NCBI GenBank assembly: GCA_035084275.1
Contig: CM068751.1
Span: forward strand, 4,774,001-4,838,000
Reading direction: 5' to 3'
Length of the DNA stretch: 64,000 nt
Origin: Hydrolagus colliei
Lineage: Eukaryota
Shown here: in pieces, positions 12,653 to 25,593 of the stretch
How positions within the stretch are numbered: the first letter of the stretch is position 1
Layout: each line of letters begins with the position of its first letter
The notes under the pieces: model-generated
Database searches by the model: none
What the model was told of the DNA's origin: nothing
What the model saw: only the letters and a program-made list of their open reading frames with translations
Made by a program: the position numbers and the translations under genes

Positions 12653-13568
12653 CTCTTTAGTATATTTCATCAGATATTACCCTTGGACAAAACCATCCAA
12701 CCTGCCTTCAGTTGAATGTATCTCACTCCCTGCTAGAATTGCACTAACCCTGTTCTACACATACTTCCTGTCCTGAGTAATTCAATGTCTATTGATTCTG
12801 TTCTCAGCTGCAAGTGTGCATGTCTATTCGAACAGGGCTGTTGGAATAGTGGGTCTTCAGCTCATTTTATTGAAAAAAATCTGAAGGGATTCATCCAAGG
12901 CACAAGTAAATGTACTCTTTACTGAAATTGTTGACCATGGTCTGTGCTGATGGTAATGAATTTGCTCATGGTTAACCTAAAGAAGGATGTGAAGATGGAT
13001 TTTAAGGTTGTACAATGTGTTGGCATATCCGTGGTGCTGTGTGCGTGACAGTAAGTAGTCTATACCTTCCACAGAGAAGGAGATACAGGATGAAGGTGAG
13101 ATCCACCTAGTGGCTGATTTTAGAATAGATGTCTGGTTGCTCACTTGTCTGGGAGATTGTGGGAATTCTTGAAAAGAGAAGTGAAAGAAATGTAAAATAA
13201 CTCCAGTTTTCTCTCCTCTTCTGAAATGTGACAGAATCTGTCTGCTGTATTTTGAGTACCTCCGCTGATTTTGAGACACACCTTGGGGCTGTTATAAACT
13301 GAGTGCTGATTTAGACATTTGTGAAACCTGGTAAATTCCTCACCACATCTGCTGTGAGGGCTTTGCTTCTATACTTTTGCTTGTTTTTTTTAAAAAAGAA
13401 GCAGAATGGAAAGCAGGATTCCTGCTGTGGCGCAGCCTGCATGAGAAGGAAGCACATTGGGAATTAATGTTCAACTGACCCACACAAATTTAACAATTTA
13501 ACATCAGAATGTTCCTGTGTCAAGCTTATGGCCTAAATGGAGCCTTTTTTAATTGGGATTCCTTGTAG

Positions 13569-13770
13569 AATAATAATAATCTTTGCATTTGATATAGCAC
13601 TTTTCATGTCTTCAAGGCATCTCAGAGTGCTTCACAGAATATACTGTACAGTGGACTGTATATTTGTGGGCGAAACATAGCAGTCAATTGCGCTCAGTAG
13701 TGTCCCACAAACAGTCGTGCATTGAAATGACTGATTTATTAATGATTTTTGAGGGATTATTAATAGGAAT
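13569..13770 (-). mobile_element. SINE (tRNA-head, L2-tail family), 3' portion
   Basis: (aat)n-ctttgcatttgatatagcacttttc...tgtgggcgaaac...cccacaaacagtc...gagggatta is the reverse complement of 48150-48340. Confidence 0.85.
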
Positions 13771-15792
13771 TCCTGCCAGTTAACAGGAACTATGCTTTCA
13801 AAATATATCAGGTAGGGGTGAATCTGTCTACTCATGCAAGGTGGGATTTGCACTTTGATTTTTCTTAAATTAAGGAATTCATTTACGAAATCCCACAAAT
13901 TAGACCCATTCATTGATGCCAGTGCTGCAAATCCCACCCTACAAAGTAACACAAAGTTTGGTTTCAGGCACCAGCTCCCTAAGGCAGCTTGGGAATCGAT
14001 GCTGTTTGAATGCCTTCTCAAGTAGTCTACAAAGCGAAGGCAGTGTCAGAAATCCTTTTCATTCACTAATTCAGAATTTGCACTGGCTTCTTAATCTGCT
14101 GTGAAGTGCCTTGAGATTTCCATGGATGGGAATTCCGCATTCATTCAGGTTTTTGCCAGAAATCTGCGTCATAAGCCATTCAAGTGAGACTCCCATTTCA
14201 GCAGCAGAGCACTTATTAAATGCTTATTAGGTGCTATCGAGTTAGCTTTTCTTTTACCCCTTCCCTAAATAATTAGTTTTTTTTTGTTGGTTTGGGGTTT
14301 TCTCTGGGAAGTCTGGTGTTGATGTATGTTCTGTGAATGGACAACCTGGGGGTGACATGAGTATGTTTCTATTTCCCTGTAACTTTGGTGTGATTGTGTT
14401 TGAAGGTGGGAACATTGACAAAAAGCTAAGAAAATATCCAGGGAGACGAGACTGGAAAATCATCCCTCATTGTTCTCCATATAAACTATTCTCGGCTATT
14501 TAGTGTTGGGGGGTGGGTGGGTTCGTAATCGGGATTATCATAGCAAATCTTTGTGTGGAGAGAAGTAAGAAATTTGTGGCCTGGTCTTGTATTGCATTTA
14601 ACATTCTGCATTAAAAAGAATTTCAAGAATGGATTACTAATATTCCCCCACCATTTTTGTGAAACCCATAGAAATCTCTGCAAATTCTTCACTGATCATA
14701 AGTGTGCTGTTTCTCGCTATTGTCCCACAGATTCGTTTTTTTTTACTGACTATCCATTTTCCCCCCAAATGGAAATTTCAATAAAATTGAATGTACTTTG
14801 CAGTAGCTAATCTCTTTTGCTGCCTGGAAAGTCTGGAATGTCAGCACAGAAAAAGCTTCTCAATGCAGTTGATAGTAATAATTAATAAAAGTCCATAAAT
14901 TTAACATTGCGTCTTGTCATATTGATAGTATCACTGTGCCTCTCAGGATTTCTGGCTGCAAACTGCAGTGACTGTGTAGTTGCAGACAAATGTAGGATAA
15001 AATGAAGTGGCTGGAATTAAGTGTTGTTTACCCGCTGAAAGTGCTTTGGATGGCAGTTCCGTGACCTGGGCCACATTTTAATATGCTGTAATTGGGGGGG
15101 TTCTTTGCATAACTGATAATCCTTATGAAATATATTTCCAGAAGTATTGGTTCAGCCATTTGAGGGATTGTATACCCGGATTATATTGCCTGTGAAAGTT
15201 ACAGAGGTGGGGACAGGAGGGGTGAGGAGAACTAAAGGTGAACGCTTCTTGCTTCCTATTTTTACAGCTGGATGATCGGAGATACTGTCCATTGTAAAAT
15301 GCCAATAATGTATCAATAGCTCCTTTTTTTAAACAGTGAAAAGAGAGAGCTACGGGACTATGTTATGTTAACACAGATGTGTCTGTCGCTATTGGATTTT
15401 GTTAATCTGCTGTCGAGCTGTTCGTTGCTTGATCGGCTAAATCAACGCAGACCAGCGACAACAACCTGTGGCTCATTTCCCGACTGCTTTATAAAATGAG
15501 CTTTCATTTTAATAACTGTTCTGCATTTAATGAACCACGCTTCGCAGTTATGTCTAATCTTGCATTTATATAACCAAATCTCTACAAGCTGAGTAACATT
15601 TCTAACACTATAATATTACGACATTCTTCAGCTTTCCTTAGTTATGGGTTACATGGAACTTACTGATACATACAGTACAGAGGATCTTACATATTTGGTG
15701 ATAATCATTATTTGGATATGCAAAGTGGAGAAGTGGGAGTTAGTGGGTGTTTGATTGCAGTAGGGTAGAAGCTATACATGATTATGTGGGTA

Positions 15793-15885
15793 AATAATAA
15801 ATAATAATAATAATCCTTGCATTTGATACAGCACTTTTCACATCTTCAAGGCATGAAGTGAATTGACTATGTATTTGTGGGCGAT
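15793..15885 (-). mobile_element. SINE tail fragment with internal deletion
   Basis: (aat)n ccttgcatttgatacagcacttttcacatcttc...aagtgaattgactatgtatttgtgggcg. Confidence 0.8.
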
Positions 15886-16821
15886 TGATCTGAAAGGGGC
15901 TTGGATCTGCTCGTGGTCTTTCTGTGTCTTTTACCCTTTTCAGTCTCAATCTCCTCCGGCACCTTTCAACCATCTACCTCTTGTCTCTCTCTTTCACTAT
16001 AATCTGCCGGCTCGCTCACACAATATGTTTCAGCTCAGATGATGGGACAATTCCCAGTCCAGGCTGACTGTTCATACCTCCCTCCCCCATCTGATCCAAG
16101 CTACGGTTAGAGATGCAAAGTGCCTCCTGGAAATATACCTCTTCACATGCGAACAAATTGCCACTTCTAGCTAAATCAGGGAGCACTTGTACAACAAGTG
16201 TCTCCCATTACACATCCTGTATGCATGGGCTTCATCCTCTAATTTGAACGGTGTCTATTTTTAGGCCATGTGTCCATGGCACAGGTTTCAATTGGGGCTG
16301 GAGTTTGTTTCTGTGCAAGAATAAAAAACAACCGTTCGGAACTGAACTATGGGTATATTGCTTCCAATCTATCATTTAAATGCTTTGAGACATCCTCCCG
16401 ATGCTCTGGTGTTATATATGTGTAAATTGTAATACTGTAATTTGATAGTGACCTGAAACAGGACCCACTACTAATTTTCTTTCTATTTTCTCCCCCATTC
16501 CCCCCCACTCAGACAGACACACACACGTTCATACTGACACTCCCTCACCAAGGGTTTCTAATGCAAATTGTAGTACTCTTCCCCAGCTAAACTCAGCAAA
16601 TTCCACACCAACTAGTAATTGATCTGGGACTAATTGAGCCATCATCAGCCCTATTACGTAAAAGTATAGATGGAGTTAATGGATTTGGTCATCTCCGATA
16701 GAAAGGCCTTTCGACATTCTTTGGTGATTCATTGAACTATCCTTAGCCTGTCAGTGTTATAAAGAGCCCCAACCTGACTTGGTTTGCCTCTGAGGTGAGC
16801 TAACTGGAATTGTGTTATTGT

Positions 16822-17462
16822 AACATTGCCCGAATCCTCCACTACCTCACCCTCAAAACCGCTGAAACCCTCATCCACGCCTTCATTACATCCCGGCTCG
16901 ATTATGTAAACGCCCTGCTGGTTGGCCTTCCCAATTCCTCGCTCCACAGCTGCAGATAATCCAGAACACTGTGGCCCGTGTCCTCTACCATTCCAAACTC
17001 CGTTACCCCATCTCCCCCATCCTCGCCTGACTCCATTGGGTCCCCATCATCCAGAGGATCCAATTCAAGATCCTGGTCCTCACATTTAAAGCCCTTTGCA
17101 ACCTCGCCCCATCCTACATCCGTGACCTTTATCCCCTTACCAACCGGTCTGCCCCCTACGCTCAGCAGCCTCTGGCCTGCTCCACATCCCCCGACCCACC
17201 CGCCTCACCATTGGCGGGCGAGCCTTCAGCCACTCTGCCCCAATCTCCATTCCACAGTCCCTCCGCCTCTCCCTCTCCCTGGTCTCCTTCAAGTCTTGCC
17301 TCAAGACTCTCCTCTTCGATGGACCTATCGGCAACTCCTAAAGCCCCCCCACTCCACCCTCTTGTTCTCAGCTCGGGTCTGAAGCAGTGACTGTCCAGCG
17401 CCTTGGGACGTTCTCCTGATGTGAAAGGTGCTACACAAGTGTAATTTTGTTGTTGTTGTTGT
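16822..17462 (+). mobile_element. L2-clade LINE, 5'-truncated (ORF2 C-terminus, 3' UTR and (TTG)n tail), inactivated
   Basis: Manual translation gives NIARILHYLTLKTAETLIHAFITSRLDYVNALLVGLP [frameshift] LQIIQNTVARVL...ISPILA*LHWVPIIQRIQFKILVLTFKALCNLAPSYIRDL, the typical L2 ORF2 C-terminal region. Tail ends ttgttgttgtt; the flanks tgttattgtaa/tgttgttgtaa are TSD-like. Confidence 0.95.
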
Positions 17463-17468
17463 AATAGG

Positions 17469-17921
17469 CAGGACCCACACTCCGTGTTAAATTCATCCAG
17501 AGCACAATTCCCATGTGTCGTCGGGAATTCTATCTTGATTTATTGTTAAAGAAGCATTTTAAGAAGTGTAGCACAAATTCTACTGGTTTCATGTTTATAC
17601 TTTTTATAAAAAACAACAAATCTGTCACCTTTTAATTCAAGTCACCGTGGTTTACTTGTTTAAAGCATGATTATTCGAGAATGTCCACTTAAATTCACAG
17701 CAATTTAGCTCTACACATTGCCACTAATAGTGTAAAACTGAGCAAGAAGTTAACAACATCTTTTGCAGCACTCGTGCACATCAGCTCGTTTGTATGAAAT
17801 TCACCAGCATCTCCAGCAAATGCTAATTCCTATTCCTGATAGTTTTGAATTCACTTCCGACAGTACAAATTGAACATTTATAGTTCTCTATCCTAAAACT
17901 TCCCTGGAGAGGAGAATCCTG
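17469..17921 (+). mobile_element. Old dispersed repeat, copy 1 (possibly a degraded hAT-type element)
   Basis: Aligns with 18566-18870 (aattcccatgtgtYgtcgggaattcta...gtagcacaaatt...atgtcca...gaagttaRcaRca). Ends caggacccacactcc / ggagaggagaatcctg are weakly inverted. No TSD found. Confidence 0.55.
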
Positions 17922-18565
17922 CAAAACAGGATTAAGCGTTGGGGATCTTAGAGCTTATAAACATTTGTGTTGGGCTTCCTACTGTTCCTCTTTGTTGTTT
18001 TTTTGGACTTTTTTTTACCTTTGAAACTTTTCCCAATTAATGTGTATCAAAATGTAGCAGGAATCTATAACCCCATCCACCATTACACCATCTCGACTGT
18101 CGGTAAGCTCTGAACAAACAGCTCAGATTTAATACATATACAATAAATAGACTCTTGAGACAGAGTCAAACGCTGTCATAAGAGAGCCTAAGGGTTGAGA
18201 AGAGACTTATTTGGCTTTGATGCCTTCTGATCCTTTCGTTCAAAGTGCAACCTTTAACACTCAATCTGTGTTGTACATTTATGTGTTTAATGTGTCTGTA
18301 ACAATAGCGATGGAAAGCATGATACTTTCAAGCAAGATATGATGTGTTCTTGATCAAAAGGTTTATATTCATATTTCATTAATTCTATATAATGTATATA
18401 ATTTAGATATTAATGTATCTTCTATATATTATTCAGGGGGAACTCTGGGCTCTAAGTTGTGACATTTCCTAACTGGCATTTCTTTAACTGGATTCTTTAA
18501 CAAGAAATTAGAACTGTGCAAATGGGGATTTCTTTCATTAACTGCAATTATGTTGTTCTAATGGG

Positions 18566-18870
18566 CAGGGACTGCTCTCCATATTATCTATGTCCCGAGC
18601 GGAATTCCCATGTGTTGTCGGGAATTCTAACTGGATTTACTATTAAGGAATTATTTTTAGGTAGTAGCACAAATTTGGCCGATTTAAATTTTAGATATCT
18701 TTTGGGAAAAAAAGACATGTTTAAAACTTCTGATTGATTCAAACCGGCATCATTTGCATGTGCAGTGCATCAGTCAAACATGTCCAGTGAAATTCCCTTT
18801 TGCGTGACTGACTCAATGTGTCGCCACCATTAGTGGGAACACTACAGAGAAAGAAGTTAGCAGCACATTG
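18566..18870 (+). mobile_element. Old dispersed repeat, copy 2
   Basis: Direct homology to 17469-17760. Confidence 0.55.
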
Positions 18871-19374
18871 AAATTAATGGTGGAAGACGGAGAAAACATG
18901 TCACTATTTCTTTTTGCTGCAATTATGGGAAAGCTTAAAGGGGCTGGATAGAGATATTGCAAATGTTATCTCTGATTTTCAGGTGAACCCGAGAGCATGA
19001 GCAGTTGGACATTCTTTTACATTTAGTTGGGACAGCGAGCGAGGAAGTCATGTGTTTATGTGTTTTCAGAGCAGGGGTCAATTTTAGGAGTGTAGGGTAG
19101 GTGGACTCCCTCTCTTCCTCAAGTTAATAACCCTGATGTGTGCCCTTCGACTTTGAAGGTTTGAAGGACACATAATGTGATCCTGAAGCTAAAATAGATG
19201 GGTTTGGAAGTTTACTATCTCCTATAGAACCGTAATCAATCTCACTCTTACAGAAACTTGTTTATTTTGCTTTTTATCCCATTAATTTGCAATCATAATT
19301 AGAGTCTCCCCCCCCCCCCCTATATTCCCCTCTCTATCCTGGTGCTCTGGGTATTGCTAAACATGATTAGGAAC

Positions 19375-19525
19375 TATCTGATTTCTGATTTCTTCCTCTA
19401 CAGTCCAGGGACACCAAAGTCATTTCTAGCATTGCTATTGCCATTCCGGCTGAGATCAGCTATAACTCAGCACAGTCCATGGATTAAACCTGGCATCTTC
19501 TGAGTTTATACAACTCAGCTGGTAC
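19375..19525 (-). mobile_element. AmnSINE2-like SINE 5' half
   Basis: Reverse complement reads ccaggtttaatccatggactgtgctgagttatagctgatctcagccgg...gtccctggactgtagaggaagaaatcag, matching other copies in the window and the recalled consensus. Confidence 0.65.
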
Positions 19526-20741
19526 AGGAGTGATTGGGTGGGGGAAACTGAACATTATCCTCTTTAAATGGGCTTTAAAATGATCCATTGGCAAAGCTTG
19601 GGTCCCAATGTTAAAAAAAATCTGTCGACACAGATCTATATCCTAATATTCAGCATTGTACCACATGCGGTGTAAGCTGTAGTTAATTGAAAACAATAAC
19701 CCTTGTATTTGATATCGCGCCTTATCATCTCATCAATAATAGCCTAGTCCTGGTATTGTCTGTTTTAGTGATCAGTTCAATGGATTGCCAGTAACCTTTC
19801 TCTGCATTCCTACCATGGTCTGTGTTCAAGTTGTGCTTTTTTTGCTGCACTTAGAAAGGTTAACAGAGCCAGAGATTTTGTAGACTTTACTTATTCCTTT
19901 CAAGCTTGTTAGATTTTGGGTGTAATCCCATCATATCCCTTGTTGACTGTTGCTATGTACTGTATTTACGAAATGCAGTGTTGGTTTGGCAGTTGTCCAG
20001 TCTCTGGCCCTCGTTCGAGCTCTCTGCACAGCGCTTGTCAATGCCAATTGATTTTATTCTGGTTGAAAGAGTTAAGACTATTCCTGATCACATTGCTGTC
20101 TGTTCTGGTGGCAGGTGGGCAAGGACAGGGGGAAATCTTCTTCATCATTCTGCAGGAAAGCATTTGTGACAGGTGCTATCAGTTTTCCAAGCTCTTTTAT
20201 TGCACGATCTGTCAAGTCAGGATCATTGTTTGGGCCTTGATACATGCAATATGCTTTGTTTGAGTGCAAGAAGATTCAGATTTTTCAGTACTTTAACCTA
20301 GCCAATTATATTAGAGGGAACATAGCTCTAATCCTCTAATTATAATAGAGCAAGTTTGTCTGATATTTTCAGTGACACACACACCATTTATTTTGCAAGT
20401 TGCAAAGCTTGTCTGGTTCTTCTCCTTGTGTAAATCAATTTAAGTCAAGTCACCGATTTACTTACTGCCTTTTATCAGCCACAAAAATGGATTGTCTGAC
20501 CAGCTGGTATGTTGCATGTGGTGTTGCCTCCCCTACTCTCAATCCTGTTTCCTCGTTCAGACATAATCCTATGAATCCTGTTTAGCCTTCCCTCATTTCC
20601 CCCCTGCTGATAACCTGGCTGCCGGTAGATTGGAGGTGGATTTATTTTTAATTTTTAAAGATTGGTTTATCTCCTCTGGTTAGACAGCGGGTCACAGGGG
20701 ATAACTTGTTTAATGTGTTGATGCGTTGGTAAGCCTCAACT

Positions 20742-20815
20742 CAACAATAACAATAACAAAATTACACTTGTATAGCGCCTTTCATGTCGGGAGGACATCC
20801 CAAGGCGCTGGGACA
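20742..20815 (-). mobile_element. L2 tail-only insertion
   Basis: aacaataacaaaattacacttgtatagcgcctttcatgtcgggaggacatcccaaggcgctgg is the reverse complement of the L2 terminus. Confidence 0.85.
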
Positions 20816-21679
20816 GCTGACTGGTGTACAGAAGTCTGGTAGAAAACTATAGTTCACTTCTCTGCCTTTGCCATCGTTGCAATGCTTTATAGCACTATTT
20901 CAGTGACAGCACTCATCCCAGCTGTAGAATAAAGCTCTGCAGTATGATTTAAAAGGACCACTACACGTGTTGAACCTGTGCATGTTTACCCAATTGTCCG
21001 ATTATCTTCACTTCCCTCCGCCATTTCATCTGTGCTGGGAGGTGGCGGATCCTGCCGTCAAATCCGACCACTTTGGAAAAATGTGGCATCAGGTGCCACA
21101 TTTTTATCTCGGTGTCAGAAAAGCTGTGAAGCAAAATGTTCACTTGACATGAGTGGGTTCCTTTCAGTGGATTTGTGCGCAGCACACCCACAGAGCTGGG
21201 CTGACTGTGGCAAGATTCCTTTCCAGTGATGCAACATGTTCTGTCCTTCTCCTTTCGACCATTGTCTTCCCTCCTCCCTCAATCCCATCCCACCCCCACT
21301 CCTTACCCCACACCACCGCGGAGAATTGCTCTTCTGTCGTGTTGTCACATCTACCCCCCATTGTGAACTCAGCGAGTAGAGATAGAGAACGGCTCCAAGG
21401 GAGTTCGGCTGTCCAGGGGATCAGCTGTAATGTGATTAACAGCAATTTGTTACGCACCAGCAGTTCTTCCACAGCTCTTACAATCAAATCATGCAAAATA
21501 TCTCAATTTTTAAAATGCCATAACCCTGGCCTTGGGTCGTTGTGTAACATATCACCAAAGGTAAGACAGTGTCTGCTGATATGACTTTGAGTGTGAGGCT
21601 GCACTGATTCCAATTTAATAAGATTCCACCCCCCGCCCCCCACCCCACTCCCCAATCCTCTCACAACTATCATCCTCTA

Positions 21680-22032
21680 GTGGTTCAGTGAATGTTCAGT
21701 CGATAACATAGACCAAGAAAGTTGCATGTTATTGATTTCCCCTGTGTGTGGGGAGTTAACAGTTCTCAGTTAGACACGGGTCACCAAAATTGGGCGAGGA
21801 TTTGAGTTCACTATCCAGTCACTGGTGTTATGGATATGTAGACATTGATTGGACTTGATCTTTTTTCGCTTGTTTTCCCCTGTCAGCGAAGAGACAGTTG
21901 AAATATCGTTGGGTGGGGTGGGCGAACAAAGGTGAACCGTGGTCACTTAAGCAAGATGTGTGATGGTCCCTATGGAACTGAACCACAGTAGAAGGGAAAA
22001 GAAGTCTTCAGGAGCGGAGGGGAAAAAGTTGG
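21680..22032 (+). mobile_element. Near full-length but highly diverged AmnSINE2-like SINE
   Basis: Head 'gtggttcagtgaatg', core 'gagttaacagttctcagtt', 'ctatccagt', and 3' end 'atggaactgaaccacag...cttcaggagcggaggggaaaaagttgg'. Confidence 0.55.
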
Positions 22033-24933
22033 CAAGACAAGAAAATAAATTCATGATTAATGGAATATTGAGCTTGATTAAACAATCCAAATCATTCCAA
22101 TGGGACCACTTCCTGCACAAATATATATTTAATGTTTTTTTTCTGACTTACCAGATGATCAGCTTCCTGAGATAATATTTATATGTTTTTACTGTCAGTC
22201 CATGTAATATGTCAGTACCTACTTTGTTTCATGATTAATGTAAGGTGTCTCACAACGCTGAGGCTGAATGACTTGTCTATCTATGCTGCAGAATTGCCTC
22301 TATTGCTGAAGCCGGCCGAGTATAAACTTGTGGCATTATTGACTCCAAATGGGATTTCAGTGTTTATTTAAAAAAAACGAAGTTACACTTCTGGTTTAGT
22401 CTCAGTCTGGGGAGTTAAAAGACCTCGGACCTGGTACAAACAGCCGTATGAGTGTGCTGCCGGTTTATACTATGAGTTAATACTTGATGTTTATGAGCAC
22501 ACAGACTTCCACTTGAGGTCATAACTAGCAGGAATATGTGGAATGCAGATTGTGCTTCATTCAGGTAATTTAGTGCCAAGTTTAGTGAGTCTAGAAGTCA
22601 GTCATGTACACAGACTTACTACTGTTCCAGACATAGCAGCGGCAATATTTTTTAAAAATCTCTCTGTGTTGGCTTTCCTCTCTCTTATCCCCTCTCCAAT
22701 ATAAATTCTCAATTTGCCTTTGCTGGAAAATCATTTAGGGCTACTGTTTCTTGTTAAATGTCTTTATTTCAGAGCATGACAGTTTGTATCTGATCAAGAA
22801 AACAACCAAATGTGCTTTACTGTCAGTGTTGAGTTTGGAACCAAAATTGTTGGGTACCTTTAGTGACTTGACTCCCAAAGTTGGGTTTGAACACACTAAA
22901 GAACGCTTGATGAGTTGGGAACATTTATAATACATTTACGCAAAACTGATCATCCTTTATTGTACTAATGTGCAATAATCTCTGTTTACTGTTTGTTACA
23001 GCGTTGCTAACATGAACTGATGAAATCTGAAGTGTGTGGGTGGGACCTTTGATTGTCTGGAGCAATGTTAAATTTCACATCAATGAGTTAGGCCTTCTGG
23101 TAGGGAACAAAATGATGATGGACGATGGAACAAGTGAGGACACGGCTGTTTCTGTAGGGTTGGCAGATGCCAATCTGTTTATCTCTCCTGGCAGACTTTT
23201 GAGAATTTAAAGTGTTTTATCTTCACCTCAAACAACAAATTATTCTGCTCATTGTAGCAAAATGATGATTGTGGTTCAATTACTATTCCGCTCCGTTGAA
23301 TACATTTAGAGATTTGTCATTTTCTTATAAATACATCTAATTTTGTTGCAAATTCAATGTGGAATTTACTTTTACATTTATCAGCAGCCCTGTTTTGTCC
23401 ACAAAAGATGTACCACTTTATAGGATAGAATTATCTGCAGAATACAAGCTTGCCTTTTACCCACAACCAGCTTTAGTGTTTCAAACTAAAACAGAATGAC
23501 CTGCTACTGTATTTGGCGTTGGATAGATGATTGGAGGGTGGGGAAGGTGAAAGCTCATGAAACACTACACCTATGATCCACAGTTTCCACCTGCCTTCGA
23601 CAATATCTGAACCAGCAAATGGATGTCGTCAATTTGATCAAGAGAAATCAGTGCACAGGGGGAATGAAGTAGTTTTTCACACCAATTTCTTGGCAGAAGC
23701 AAAGCTCGGTGTGCTTAACAGGGCAGTTTGAGTCCAGCTCTTATGGCATGGGCTAGGACTGTTGTTGGTGGAGTTTGTACTGTAATTAGACTGGCCAAGC
23801 AGTAAGCTGTTTGACTGTGTAATCTGTGTTTGCTCAAGCCTTGCACAACACAGTAAATGTGTGTTCTGGGAGGGACTGAAGTCTGCCCTTGTCAGAAGAG
23901 AACACTGTTTGCTTTTGGCATAAGTGAGAGAAAAGAGCAGGGAAGATACAAGATTGAAAGGAATTTAAGAGGAGGTATCAATTCACACTTTTTATTCTTT
24001 TTCTCTCCCCTACCCCCAATAACTCTCGACTGGCCCAATGATTTCTCCATGTCAAGTTATATTTTATCCAGAATTAATTTACTGGTAAATATTCTGTCAG
24101 GCCTGCAAGGCTATGTCATTCTGCCACAGACCCACTCAACCCTGGAGTGGCTTTAAGTTGGTTTGACTTAAAATCCAGCCAACCAGCACTCATATTGGTT
24201 GCTTTGGGTTCGAAGGTTTATGTGATGTCAGACACAGCAAATTCTGAAAATTGAGACACTGTATGTCATCTATAACCTGAGATGTGTCACTGCTGGGAAG
24301 CACAAGGAGCAGTGACAATCAGTAAAAGAGGATGAAATGCGTCCATTCTGATCAGCTTATCAGGAAATGATCACTTAGAACAATATTGATCTCAGGAGGC
24401 CTGTTATAGACAGCTTTGGTCAATTTAGTTTAACAGTAAACCCGTGTCCACATGACTCTGGGCGGGAGGTTCAGACTGAGCTATGCTAGACCAAGATGTG
24501 CATTTCTGTTTTTTTTAAAAAAGTGTATTGAGGAGAAGCTGTGGCCCACGGCCTGAACGGAGAAGATTGGATGGAAAATGGACATGAGTCAGTTACCAGC
24601 ATACGATTCAGTGATGAAAGACGACATACAGTTCTTTGCCCTTTTGAGAAATACTTTCAGTTAGGCCTAGTCCTGTCTAAATCCTAGCCTAGAGATTCCC
24701 CATTGGCTCTGCAGGATTGTGGAGGTCCAAGGTTCAACCCCACCGTGTCTGTGATGACCTCAGCGCCAGGGGTTAGAGAGAGAAAAATAAGCCAATGTCT
24801 TTCCTTGAGTTGATTGTGTGGATGTTCCTCCCTCATCATTAAATAGATATGAAGTAGGTATCGACACTCACAGACGGAAGTTGAGCATGAATAGAGCCAT
24901 TTAACAATGAATAGCCTAAACTTTGTTTAGAGT

Positions 24934-25540
24934 TGTTGAGATTTTGTAATACCTGGATTCGAATGGTAAAGACTCGACAGAACCAATATGGCATAGTAAA
25001 GTTTTATTGATTGCAAAGATAATATGTGTATAGCATATGGATAAAATTAATATAAAACATAAGATTTATTCTCATGCTAACAATAGCATGGAAAAGTATT
25101 ACCGTTTACACAGCGCAGGGGAAGCAGAGATTCTGTCTGGTTAGTCAGAGTTTCGGCAAGAAGCAAAGCGCCTGTTCATGTTGTCAGCCTGTCCCTGTGG
25201 TTCTCAAAGCGTCTCTTGAAGCAAATCGCGACGCTTACTTATCCGAATATGTCACCTATATTTATATAAATCTTGGTATGGACATTCTACTGTCTATTCT
25301 GGCGGTTGTTGTAGAAGCACCTAGCGCACGTAGCTTTAGTGTTATCTACCTTTGCAGTTACTTACTGTTGTAAGGATATTGGGAAAAACACTTGTCTCTT
25401 TCCGAGAAGAGAACCCGTTGACCAATGGGAGTCTGTTTCTTTGTGGTTTTAGATTAGGTGTTGACCACTTTGATTTATGATTAGTTTTACTCAGAATTAG
25501 GTGTCATTGTTTCTTTTATCAAATCTCTCAGCCTGCAACA
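24934..25540 (-). mobile_element. Possible solo LTR
   Basis: TGTTG...CAACA inverted termini. On the minus strand a TATA-like tatataaat (~25255-25267) is followed by AATAAA (~25004-25009) near the 3' end. CpGs retained. No TSD identified. Confidence 0.45.
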
Positions 25541-25593
25541 TTATGTTCCTTTTTTCTCCTGAGAGGAATATAACTGTGTTTGTTAATCTTAAA

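Noticed and set aside
16978-17382. 134-aa Pro/Ser-rich ORF
   Set aside because: An off-frame reading of the L2 fragment; the true ORF2 frame has a frameshift and a stop.
18960-19050. ctgattttcag|gtgaac, a second AG-GT juxtaposition or possible exon start
   Set aside because: Short pyrimidine tract, weak donor (GTGAAC), no long AG-free zone, and no convincing coding frame.
21164-21496. 'ELLVRNKL' resembling a Penelope ORF motif
   Set aside because: A single short match with no supporting GIY-YIG or reverse-transcriptase motifs.
22962-23040. tactaat...tgtttgttacag acceptor-like site
   Set aside because: No strong donor nearby and no recognisable peptide; such pseudo-acceptors are common in introns.
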